DNA from: Amphiscolops sp. MND2022
Taxonomy: Eukaryota
DNA length: 60,000 bases
Reading direction: 5' to 3'
Assembly (NCBI GenBank): GCA_964187785.1
Contig: OZ076409.1
Span: 32,242,001 to 32,302,000 of the forward strand
The notes below the pieces were generated by a model that ran no database searches, was not told the origin of the DNA, and worked only from the letters and a program-made list of their open reading frames with translations. Made by a program: the position numbers and the translations under genes. Positions 36,732 to 48,414 of this stretch are shown here, in pieces. Numbering within the stretch: position 1 is the stretch's first letter; each line of letters opens with the position of its first letter.

Positions 36732-37241
36732 GTTTTTCGCTGATTTTTTTGCCTTACACAATAATTGGTACCAATAATATTGAAATTAATGTTGCCCACA
36801 ATTATTTGTTAACAGCCCTGTATACTGCTGGCTTTCCATAAATAATGGTCGTTTTTAAACCCAGTGCCATGAATAATTTCCTTATATTTATGGCCATATA
36901 TACACTTTCCAATACCTGCACTGGGTACTGAATTCGGAGCTATAGATAGTCGCCGCTTATAATCGTCAGGCAAGCCTGAATAGTCCACTATCAGAGTCCG
37001 ATTGAAAGAAAAACTAACATGTAGTCTTCTGATAATGATCAAAGCCTCTATTCATGTAGATTCCTCTGCACTCGGCCAACATATAGGATGGTCGCTTTCG
37101 GCGTTGGTTAGTCTACAGTCATTTGTTATACCTTCATGCCTTTTGTATTCATACGCCGAAAGAAATCAGGTAAGTAATAGTGACTTTTTGAAGACAAATT
37201 TCATACTTTTACAGTTGAGGAACATTTTTCGAGGCAATTCC

Positions 37242-37876
37242 TGTAACGTCAGCCACTGGCATGACAAAATTTCGATGAAAAATTCGAATTGTGCGATATC
37301 GAAACAGAAGAATCAAAATGGCCGAACTAGCAGGTACGAAAAAGAATGAACAAAAAGAGAGACCACGCGGAGATCGAGCAAGAAACCGAGCACGTGTGAA
37401 AAAGTTGCAGAAAAAGATGAAGAATTGCCAGAAGATGAAGAAACATCAGCAGAAAGATGTTGTGGAATGTTGTGCCATCTCCTTGGGAAATCAACAACAT
37501 CTGCAGAGCATTGCCAGAGGCAAAAATGGATGATGGACTGAAAACTGTAACGTAACTGGGGACTATCCCCGTTTTTCTTTAATATTCCCCCTTTTTCTTT
37601 GGAATATTTGGATGATGTATGACCTTCCAGGTCTTTTTAGATCTTATTCATCAAATACGATGTTTTCCAGCTAAATACTGTTTTGACCTCGGAAGAATGT
37701 AGGAACTCGTAGGAACGTTAGGATACGTTTTTACAGGCTTGTGGGGCGTGTCCCCCTAGGAGACCATTTTGGGATCAAAAACTAGTGTCTAGGCATGTAG
37801 TAAGTCAACTGTCTCCTGTTTAAGCATCCTAGGCATTGTCCCTGTCCTAGATGTGCGTCGCTAGCCGGTCGTTACA
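37242..37876 (+). repeat. 5' LTR of D (635 bp, ~72-bp internal deletion)
   Basis: TGTAACG...CGTTACA termini, followed by spacer and PBS. Confidence 0.93.
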
Positions 37877-37892
37877 TCTGGAATAGTTTTTA

Positions 37893-37910
37893 TGGCGACC
37901 ACAGAGGGAT
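37893..37910 (+). promoter_or_regulatory. Primer-binding site, tRNA-Arg-like
   Basis: TGGCGACCACAGAGGGAT, same as in B. Confidence 0.8.
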
Positions 37911-40577
37911 AATTTTCATTTTGCGTACAAGTAGGATCAACTTCTGCCTTCCGGCCCTGTTAGGTCCGGATCTTGGAAAAACTCAGGGGAGGGTCCTAGA
38001 TTATTTTTATAATCTTTTTCCAGCCCTCTGGGTTTTGTACTAGTATTGTTCCTGCGTTTTTTGCATATTTTTGAAGTCTATCTAGAGAAATTAACAGTTT
38101 CTAACAGTGTACCCCCTTTAACCTTACCAAAACCTAATGAAAAAGCTATTCCGGCCTATCCGGAACGTGTTTTAAAGGGTTTTCTAGCTCATTTTCAGCT
38201 AATTTGCAATGTATGGGGACAGAGAGGACGAACACCGAAGGTTCCCACTAGCTGTGATGACGTGGTGACGTCCTACACGACTGCTCCTCCCACGCCCCTG
38301 TGATTGCTGTATACCACGTCAAACGGGTGAAATTGGCTATTTTCTTAATTTTACGGCCCAAAAAGACTATGCCCAAGCCACCTATTCCCATTATAACTAA
38401 CTGAGAAAAATACCCAGAGGGTATTCAGATCAGTTGTTAAAAAATTTGAGCTCGAAAACCTTGAAAATAACTCCATTTATAGCTCAAATACCGAAATTTC
38501 CGATTTTGAAAGCCAATATTCTGCCAAATAGAGTAAGGCCAGTGGTAATACTGAAAAAAACGTTCCGATAGACCCACTGGGTCAGGAACAAAAAGTTTTG
38601 CGGGGCCATTTTTCCAAAATAGCAAAAAATTCAGCGATTTTTGTTAAAAAATCGTCAAATTTGGCCATTTTGACCCAATTTGACGAGGGCAAAGCCTTGG
38701 ACGTTAGCTTCCAAGCTTCCGAATTCGCCCAAAAATCTTTCTTCCTAGCTTGGTAGTACGAGACACTACTACCAAGTTGTTTCCTAAGGTTCCCCAATAG
38801 AAATTGAAACTTTAACTACTTGTTTCTTTCAATACACATAGACCCGAGTAGAGGACCCCATAGACCTGAGAGATATAACATCAAAAATAATAACTGAACG
38901 AACCCCATCCCCATTAAATAAGTTGTCACGCTTTCTTACAATACTATTGGAAGAATTTTGAACATCCAAGAACCGATAGACAAAAGTTTCTTGACGAAAA
39001 CACGTTATTTCAGTGTTGTTCCGAGAGTGTAAAAAGTGCACATAAAAAATTTTTTAGAAATCCAATTTGGAACCTACCAGGTTTCGCTTGCTTAATTTTT
39101 GTTAGTAAAAACCCTCACGTTGCAAGTGCAGAAAACCGCGAGCGATTCCAACCAGTGGTTGCCGAGAAATTGCCAAAAACGTGAGATTTTAGTGACAATT
39201 TCGGAATATTGGTATAGTGTTCCAAGAGCAGGTCGGAATCTTTCGCAGCACGAGCAGCTCAAAACGAATTACACCATCGTGTTGACCGCCAAAAGTTACG
39301 TTACTGGTGTAATTTTCATTGCGCTAGCACTGCTAGTCCTCGAGAAATCATAACCGCGGTTTCGCTCAAAAAGTGTACGAAATTGTAGTAAAAATTGAAA
39401 TTTAGTTGAGCATAGTGCAATACCTTGCAGATACCCCAGCACCAAAAATCTTGCATTTTATTACGCACGGCACTAGATCCCGACGATTTGTGCAATTTGA
39501 GCAGCCGGCTCCTAGCCAAAGCGGAGAAATTGGCATTTTTGTGAGTTTTGACCCGAAAAAGTGATACCCCTGGTATATCAAGGTTTTGTCATTTCGGATC
39601 ACTGCATATTGATTCAGACACCTCGCCGCCGTATTTTTCGGTTACGTGGGCAAAAGTTACGCTCGCCTGCAAATTTTCAGGTGGCTGGGACGTCTAGATG
39701 GCGAACTTGACCACTTTTTGCGAATTTTACGACATAATCAAATTTTCAAAAAACATTGTTAACCGTAACGTCCATAGAGTCAATTTCTGTACAATCGGCG
39801 TTAAACTTCCAACGATTCAGCTAGTGTACTATATGGTGTGAAATTTTTAAGTTGCTACGAGTCCTGGAAACATTTTCCACCCTTTCCAGACGTGCCAATC
39901 GACGACAAATTCACTGATTTTACGAAAATTGAACGGAAAATTCTACACTTTCTGTCCCAAACAACCTCCAAACGGACCTGAAAATAACCCCTCCATAAAC
40001 AGAATACCCTCTGCGTCTCCGATTGAGTCTTTTTTCCATACACACCCCCAAATCCCATCCATCCCACCGTACCTGAATCCATAAATCGAGAAAACTCAGT
40101 GAGAAACAATTTCAACTAGTCGAATGAGCGCATAGCCCTAAAACTAATTGGACCAACACTATTCATTCCAGTCAACCACTCCTCAACTCAATAGGCCCTT
40201 CCACAGCCTACCCGATTAGCCAGCAACTCGTAAACAGTCAAATCAATCAAAATTTTTGTTTTAGTGTAAACCTAATCCTCTCCACTTAGCGGAGACCGGG
40301 ATGAAAACTTTAGTTGATCTTAGAACGTATATTACCACCAGCCCAATTACCGAAGCTAGTAAAAAAACCTTTTTGTTAACCTCGGTCCCAATCAAAGTGA
40401 AATGGTCCCATTTAATACTTGTCGTTTCTCGTGTTGAAGTTCCACTTGCCGCAATTCATACCTCTTATCATTCGTTGTCCTTTCTTCCTGGAGGGAAGGG
40501 TGAGACAAATAACTCCGTCAGTTAAAAAACCTCCTTTTAAATTATAATTGAATTCCATACCTCAAAAATTGGCCAAA

Positions 40578-40782
40578 ATGGACTGGGACGTACCCGAAAA
40601 CCTCCAAGCTACAGTTCCATTTGGTAGCATGACAGAAAACACTACTCGATGGGAGACTCTTGCTGACAATCTCCAAGAACCAACCATTACAAATGTATTT
40701 TCAGAACTCATGTCTGACTGTATTCCCAACGCAGAACAAAACACGGAGATGAGAACCGCAGCCGAACAGCTCGATTCGTCGC
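40578..40782 (+). pseudogene. gag: gag N-terminal fragment of D
   Basis: MDWDVPENLQAT...AAEQLDSS matches ORF 57159..57611 of C. Confidence 0.85.
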
Positions 40783-40850
40783 TAGCCGGTCGTTACATCT
40801 GGAATAGTTTTTATAAAAACAATTCCAGATGTAACGACCGGCTAGCGACG
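40777..40850. repeat. 74-bp near-perfect palindrome of two U5 ends plus spacer
   Basis: 37-bp arms, one mismatch, no loop, centre at 40813/40814. Confidence 0.95.
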
Positions 40851-41546
40851 CACATCTAGGAAGAGGGACAATGCCTAGGATGCTTAAACAGGAGACCGTT
40901 GACTTACTACATGCCTAGACACTAGTTTTTGATCCCAAAAAGGTCTCTTAGGGGGACTTTTCTGACGTCGAAGGAGGCTTCTCAAATTAGAGCTCCGAAG
41001 CGACGCGCCGGCACTCTCAAAGTCCGGACACGCCCCACAAGCCTGTAAAAACGTATCCTAAGGTTTCTAGTACGTTCCTACGAGTTCCTACATACTTCCG
41101 AGGTCAAAACAATATTTAGCTGGAAAAAATCGTATTTGGTGAATAAGATCTAAAAAGACCTGGAAGGTCATACATCATCCAAATATTCCAAGGAAAAAGG
41201 GGAATATTAAAGAAAAACGGGGATAGGCCCCAGTTACGTTACAGTTTTCAGTCCATCATCCAAATTTTGCCTCTGGCAATGCTCTGCAGATGTTGTTGAT
41301 TTCCCAAGGAGATGGAACAACATTCCGATAATCTTTCTGCTGATGTTTTTTCATCTTCTGGCAATTCTTCATCTTTTTGTGCAACTTTTTCACACGTGCT
41401 CTGTTTCTTGCTTGCTCTCCGCGTGGTCTCTCTTTTTGTTCATTCTTTTGGTACCTGCTAGGTCGGCCATTTTGATTCTGCTATTTCGATATCGCACATT
41501 TCGAATTTTTCATCGAAATTTTGTCATGCCAGTGGCTGACGTTACA
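40830..41546 (-). repeat. 3' LTR of C (717 bp)
   Basis: TGTAACG...CGTTACA termini with adjacent PPT at 41547. Confidence 0.94.
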
Positions 41547-41560
41547 TCCTCCCCGGGCCG
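41547..41560 (-). promoter_or_regulatory. PPT of C
   Basis: Minus strand CGGCCCGGGGAGGA, identical to A. Confidence 0.8.
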
Positions 41561-42095
41561 TAGTTTGTCGTTATCGGCAATTGAGAGGATGCTCATACCC
41601 AGAGGGTAACAGCAATGCTGAGAGTCTGTTGATTACCTAAGAAAGGTTTCGCTTTTTTCTTACTTGTTTCCTGTCAACCTCCAAATTTTCCGTCACTTTC
41701 TGGTGTATTAGTACTTGTCAGTTTTACGATAACTCAAAATGTTCGACGAAACTAGAATCACGACAGGCAATTTTAAAGTTTTCTTGCAGTTTTCACTGGT
41801 TTAAGATAAAATCTCTTTTCTAGGAAGTATCCTTGCACTTCTCAAGTAACAACATTCAGGTCTTAGTAGTAGTAGTTAATTACCAAATTGGAGAGGGTGG
41901 GCACTGGCTCAGGGCCCACCCACATAGTGTAGTTTAACTAAAATTTTAGGTACATAACAAGTTTTGCTTAGGAACTCAGTGTACGTAGCACCAACTAAAA
42001 TGAAATGGTCTATAACCATTAAGATAAAGTTGTATTCGTTTGAGAGTGAGTTTGGCTTTCATTTGGTGGACGATTCAGCATTGGTTAAGGCTCTT

Positions 42096-45000
42096 TCACT
42101 CATTATTCTGGCTCTGTTGCGAGTCAAAAACGGATGATGTTATTGCTGACTCCTGGTTAGTAGACGGTTCCGCCACTAAGGGAGGATACTGCATGGAGTC
42201 GTCGATGGTGAGCAAATTATTCAGCTCTGAGTCTATATCAGCGTCCATTTGTGATATTCCCGTCTCGGGTTCATCTCGGTCAGGGGTTGCTCCGTCGGAT
42301 AACGTGAAATTATCTTCAGTCATTGGTTCATCGTTGGGCTTTATGGCAACGGGTAGATTCTCCTGATCTTCCTCCATTTGGGTCTCAGTTATTTCTGAGG
42401 GTAACCCACTGGATGTTGTCTGCTGTGAGCTGCCAGGGGCAGCCGCATTTGTTGCGCTGTTTTGGTGGGTGGTGGTTTCCTGTGGGAAATCGGGTAGGTT
42501 GTTGGCTAATTCTATATGACCATACTGCATAAACAAACTTTTGAAGATTTGGATTCCACGAGCATAGTCTTCGCCAACAAAGTCTCATCGTTCTTTCTGT
42601 CTGCTGTGTAGATATAAAAATTTTTCCAGCGCAGCGCGCGGAATATTGGGGACGATTGTACTGATTGGCAAAGCTTTTCTGTTCTGTTCTTTGGCCACCG
42701 AGGGCGTCTTGGCTTTCATGCGCAACGACGTCTGGTGTATTGCGAGATCCACTAAGTCTGGTTTTGACCAGCATGTTGTCATGTCTAGTATGCGAGCTGA
42801 GTGTGCGCGGGGACTAGTTCGGTCACTATACATTCGTGATGTGTCGCATATATAAGGGTATCGTAATTCGCTGGGTTCTTCCCCTCGCTTTCTGCCGCCC
42901 AGTCTCCGAACTGTGGTAGCTGTAACCCTCAAAATTACTTCGGCATTCCAATCCGTAAAGGAGTCCGCCCCGCCTGTACTGAGGTTCAGAGAAGATGTAG
43001 CCACGCAATTGGATGGAAATCCATTGGCATTGGGAGGGCGGATCGCGCATGTGCCTTTATGATGGAGGTAAAGTTGTGCTCAACTTGCTTCTTGTCTTTT
43101 ATAACCGTGTAGGCCATGGGCGGTCGCAGAGATGTAAAGCTGGCTACTACTCTGTGGTAGGTGGGATCCGGCTGGAGTCCATCTGTCGTTACGAAGTGCA
43201 ATATGGAGAGGGTGGGGGTGTTTGCCGCCATACGTAGGACTTGTGGCGGATATCTGAGTGCCATGACTGCACCAAAGATTGGCCAGACTATGGGAGAGAT
43301 TAGATGCATTAGGTCTTCCGTCTCCACTAACATGAGAGTGGCAAGTTGTGTGGGAAATAAGAAGCCAGGAAATTGATTGGGTTCTCTGTTGATGGCAGGG
43401 TTTGCATCCAGGGGATGCAATATACCCGCAACGTTGGCCCAGGTTGAGTAGATCCAGGTGAGGATAGCTTTGATAATGAGTTCTAGTTGTTTCTTCAGTT
43501 GTAGGGGACTCGCTGGGTCCAAGGCGCATAAAATTGCTTGCAGCCAACTTTTCTGATTCTGGGCGTACACCAGGTAACTGAAAAGCGACAAGTTTCCTTT
43601 GTCAAAGATTAGTTTCTGGAGCACACCTGAGGGTCCTTTATAGACTGCGTGCATGCCGACAGCCATTAGATACGCCAAAATTTCACTTATGGTGGCTTTC
43701 TGCATCGCTCCCACGTATAGGCGCACTTGCTGGTCGTCGAGATTGAATTCGGCCTGGACGAAACTAGGGAGCCAGAATGGGGAAATGTTGTACAAGAGTA
43801 CAGGGACTGGAATTTCTAGTCGCAGGGCGACTTGATTAAGGGTTTCATGCTAGGCTTGGTGCCAGGTTTGATATGTGTGCCCGGGTTCTATTTCGATTTG
43901 TTTTGCCAGGTCTCGTGTCATCACTACTAGGAGCGTCAGGGTGAGGGATGCCATCTCGAGCTTAGCGTCTATTGCTATCTCTGCTATGGGGATTACAGTA
44001 GTGTTGGTTCGCTCTGCCTTGATCATCTCTGTTTCTTTGAAAAGGGCTAGCAGCTCCTTATGAAATTTCGGATCGTGGGTTTTATCATCGCGGGTGGATT
44101 CGTCTCTTCGTTCGTACCAGTGGTTATCCACCAGGTGCTTCCCCTCGTTCTCATTGGGGTCATTTACCTTGCGTACCCCATTCTCGTCTAAAGACCTGAT
44201 CGACATTTGCATCCCATAGTCGTAGGCCGTCGCCTCGTCCACCAAGAGTTGCGAATTGCCTCGGTATCCTGTAAACCCTTGAACAGCTTTAGATACTTCT
44301 GCTAAGAAGGCTGGATACGACGCTTCGCAGGGACGCCATGTTGTGGCGTTGATTCTCAGGTTCGGTGCCACGATGTAAAAGTGCAAATCCCTTGCGTAAG
44401 ATGCTTCTAGCACCAAATACAAAAATTGTTGCAATGCTTTTGGGAGATGCATATACCCAGGGGGTGAGACAAACACGGTTCCCGTATTTGGCTTCTTGTT
44501 CTTCATCGTTGTGGCAATGTTAGACATCGTTTCCACGTATGCCACAACTTCGTCTGTGATGAATCCTTCTGTGTATCGAGTGCTTTGCATGTCGAAATAT
44601 CGCAATGATCCTCGCAGGGCGAGGTGGGCAATCACATTTGAATACACTAGGATTGGTGGAAGAGGTATGGTTTCTGCCGCCGCTGGCGTGAAGAATTTGT
44701 CGGTCACCTCCGCCATCTCGCTGAGCGTGGTGCAGGGCATATTCATCAATCTAACATCAATCAGAGTATTACTTGAGTTGTATGAAGATTTGATGGTCGA
44801 GTCAACAAAGAGAGCGATTCTTGTCTTTTGCAATAAGTCGTTTCCCATTGGCAGCAGGCTGATGGGGTCCCTCGCGTAGTTCTTCGATTGTAAGTGATTC
44901 TCCCCAAATCTCCCAGGTCTCTGACGAGTGAGTCGCTCAGTCAATGGTTGTAGTGGTTGCAGGTACGTAGAGTTACTGTTCTGCAAATCCCCCCTGAGAC

Positions 45001-46259
45001 GTTCGAACCATGGTGGGACTCCTCCATCATTGGTAAATATCGGTGGCTTGACTGGCCTGGTGTAGACTACTCCAATGTTGGCCCTCTCTATAGTACGCTG
45101 CGTGCTTTGTTCCCCTTTGCTGTTAGCGCTCGCAAACTTTTGTTTTGGGGGATTTTCTTCATCGGGTGTACTCGGTACTTCGCGTTGGAGACGCACTGCG
45201 TCTCTCGCCGCTATGTCTAGTTGTTTTAATTCAGTTGCAGTGAGCAGCTCTCTGGCTACTTTTTGTCTTCTGGCTTCCGGTTGACTGGGGGATGGCGCTG
45301 GTATTCCCCTGTTTGATCTTGAGCTAGTTTGCTTGTCTTGTTCTTAGCTCTTTTCGCTGCGTTTATTTTATCGCGAAGGTCTATGGGAGCGTTGTTGCTT
45401 TTTCTTTCTTCCCGCTGCTCTTCCCTTTGGCGCTCTTGTAGTTTAGGGTCCTTTTGGAAGCCTATCAGCTTGCTGGGCTCATTTCGGGAGGGTTTGGTGT
45501 TAGATGTGGAGGTGTCAATTCTTCACCGGAATTTTGAAAAGTGACTGTTCTGGTTGGGCGACTTTCTTTGGCTTGCTCTTGCGTTGTTGTTTGGTTGGAT
45601 TCAGTAAGGCTCACTTGCACCCCTCCCCCCTGAAAGGTAGAAGGAAGCATGAAGCTTGAAGTGGATTGTGTAAGCGAGCGGACGCCCACCGATGCCAGAG
45701 GCATAGGTGGTGTTAGGATTGGAGGTGATACCAAGGGTAGGGTGCAGCTGAAAGTTGTGGTTTCGGAAGGGGGGAGTTGAATCACAGTTTGTATTGGTGT
45801 AGGCTGCGGTGCTTGGAATAAAGGTTGAATCGTAGGGGGAGAGATTCTGAATGACCGTTCTTGATCCATTGGAGGCCTATTAGGTTCTCCGTAAAGCATG
45901 TGGGAGCAGTGATCGAATAAATTATGAGTTAGATTATAACCATGCCAAATGCCATCACGGAAAGTAGCGGAACGCTCAAGCGGCCCGATACTGCTAGTAA
46001 TGGTCAATAGGACCTCTGGGTGCGCTGCTTGCGCTTGCATTTGAGCAACGATCATGGCAAAGCCAGCGATCATGATGGGGGTGGCCCCATCTTGCAAAGC
46101 TTGTTGGACTAAGGCTAGCTGGTCCATTCGACCATTAACCTCGCCCACCGACGGAAGAATGCTGGAAGAAGTAGCACGTTGTTGGGGAGATTGCTGATTG
46201 CTTGGTGCAGGCATGCGGTTACGTGATGAGGGGTCCATGGCAGGTGAGTTCGATAGCAC
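42096..46259 (-). pseudogene. ORF3 of C, ~1390 codons, SGNH-like domain, disrupted
   Basis: ORFs ending at 46259, 45196, 43795, 43004 and 42536. Motifs RIALFVDST, YSNVIAH, FVSPPG, APNLR..WRPCEASY. Confidence 0.8.
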
Positions 46260-46283
46260 GGATGAGGAATATGATAATCATTA

Positions 46284-48093
46284 CAGTGCACAGGCAAGCT
46301 TTTTGCTGCTTTTCGTGGAATCCGGGACACGAAAATTGAGAAAAGACGTGGAATCCAGGACAAAATTTCTCTTTGATGTTAAGCGTGTCTTGGATTCCAC
46401 GACAGTGCTTGTCCTGGATTCCACGCCAATACTGCTGCTATAATGACACTTTTGCAGCTGCTCTCTGATTGGTCCGCTAATTTTGAGTAATCATTTTAAA
46501 TTGATTCAATTTTATATCAAAGGAAATTGTTTTGATTGACACGAAAAATCCAAGAAGTACGAATAGAGATACTCGTAACTGGTACCAAAAATGAAGCATG
46601 TCATCGATTAATGGCAGATTGTGATGATCTGGCAGTTTGTTCAAAACGGTACTAAACTTGAAATTACGAATATTTGTGTAATATAACCAAGTGAGAGCGA
46701 AATGACAAATAACAATTCAAACAAATGGTAGTTTAGCATAATTTGCCCAATTTTGAACTCAAGTGACATTTGTATGACTGCCATGTTATTCAAAAACAGA
46801 AACAATGCAAGATCAGTCAATAATTTCGTGAGACCAGGATCAAACTTTGTGACAATTTGTGTCCAAAATTATTCATGATTAAATCCACCTTTGAATTACT
46901 TTTTTAGCCGAATTTCGTTGCTATTAGAAGCCAGAGGGACGATATGTCCATAATATTTTTCGTGAGCACAAAAAGGAGGCCTTTCAGTATACTAAAATGA
47001 AAAAAAAATTTTGTGATATTTTGGTCCCAATCGTGAGTAAAAAAATTACTCACGATTGAGACCAAAATTAGTCATGAATAATTTCATTTTTGAATTGCAT
47101 TTTTAGCCAAATTTCGTTGTTATTAGAAGTCAGACAGTTAAAATATGTCCCTAATATCTTTCGTGAGGACAAAAAGGAGGCCTTTCAGTATACTAAAATG
47201 AAAAAAACTTTGTGATATTTTGGTCCCAATCGTGAGTAAAAAATTACTCACGATTGGGACCAAAATTAGTCATGATTAATTTCACTTTTGAGTTGCATTT
47301 TTAGCCAAAATTTGTTGCTATTAGAAATCAGAGAGACAAAATATGTCCATAATATCTTTGGAGCGAACAAAAGCCGGCCACTAGAACTGCTAACAAATCG
47401 AAAGTGTACCATTTCATCAAAATCTGCCAGTTTTCAATAGTAAGCCAGATATGAATAAATGTCAGAATATTCTAAAACGTCATTGAATTTTGAGCAATTT
47501 TTCCATGACACTAGTATAGAATATCAAAATTTCATTATTGACGTACAATAATACAGTCAGAATTAAATATTAACGTACTATCTACCCCCTTTGGTAGTTG
47601 TTTTCTTACAGTTTAAGATATGTATATGGTTTCCACGACACATGTATAATGATATGGTCTTACTTTCCACAGTCGCTTCAAAAGCCGAATTTTGTGTGAT
47701 ATTGGTGTGATAGTCTGAATCATTTTGAATAAATATACGAAAAGTAGTGCATGATATTATGTTTGTTCAGTCTTCCATTTGAATTTAATTAAAGAAGAGA
47801 TGCCGCGTATCGCGTCGAGCATAAAAAGTCGTGGAATCCAGTAAATTTATGATTTCTGCAATCTGATTGGTTCATTTTGCGAAACTTACGTTTTTGTGGA
47901 ATCCGGGACACCGCTGCATGCCGACAGTTCGTACAGCTAAGCATTTGTTACTGGAATCCACGACAAAATCCGTGGAATCCGGGACAAATGACGTAATTTG
48001 CCAATTTTGCACGGTTAAAGGTACGGTCGTGGAATCCGAGATATTGAAAGCACTATGTTGCGCTTTGAGCAAATAAGGCTTGCCTGTGCACTC
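46284..48093. mobile_element. Non-autonomous TIR DNA transposon (1.8 kb) nested in C
   Basis: Terminal inverted repeat AGTGCACAGGCAAGC / GCTTGCCTGTGCACT flanked by TA. Subterminal GTGGAATCC(R)GGACA arrays at both ends. AT-rich, no transposase ORF, absent from A and B. Confidence 0.85.
46846..47360. repeat. ~200-bp tandem repeat (about 2.5 units) with internal hairpins
   Basis: CAAAAAGGAGGCCTTTCAGTATACTAAAATG and CCAAAATTAGTCATG recur at ~200-bp spacing. Confidence 0.85.
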
Positions 48094-48165
48094 TAATGAT
48101 ATAGGAGAAAATGAGTGATGGTGCAATCTGGGGTAGCTGCGCAAGGGCGAAGCAACATGACAAAA

Positions 48166-48183
48166 CTGAAAAACAAGTTATAC
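48166..48183 (-). promoter_or_regulatory. Putative splice acceptor for ORF3 of C
   Basis: Minus strand GTATAACTTGTTTTTCAG, positionally equivalent to the site in A. Confidence 0.45.
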
Positions 48184-48414
48184 ATGAACATAAAGAAGGT
48201 GTATGAAATACGCTAAGGGAATTAAGAAAGAAACTTGAAGGGTTGAAAGTTAAAAGGGAAAGGAGTGGCTGTTAAGAAAGATTGCAGTTGTATGGAACGC
48301 AGTCATTAAAAGTTTATGGATCAACTCGCGCGTATTGGGAGAATTAAAAGGGTAAGTGGGGAAGTAGACATGAGAAACAAGAAGGGCGGGCCGCTGGCCT
48401 GCGTTCAAGATAAC

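Larger units (their letters stand above)
37242..40813 (+). mobile_element. Element D: internally deleted copy of the C family (LTR, PBS, ~2.7-kb leader, gag start, U5 stub)
   Basis: LTR is the inverted homolog of 40830-41546. The leader and gag start (38660-40782) are the inverted homolog of ~57385-59377. Confidence 0.9.

Noticed and set aside
36732..37241. Possible host exon between B and D
   Set aside because: Only short ORFs with no recognisable domain, so it cannot be supported
37911..40577. Small ORFs shared between the leaders of D and C
   Set aside because: Conservation is explained by high nucleotide identity. They mostly have non-ATG starts and no counterpart in the B leader.
46315..48040. 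GTGGAATCC repeats as a CRISPR-like array
   Set aside because: Short motifs in mixed orientation with irregular spacing, at the ends of a TIR element in eukaryotic DNA
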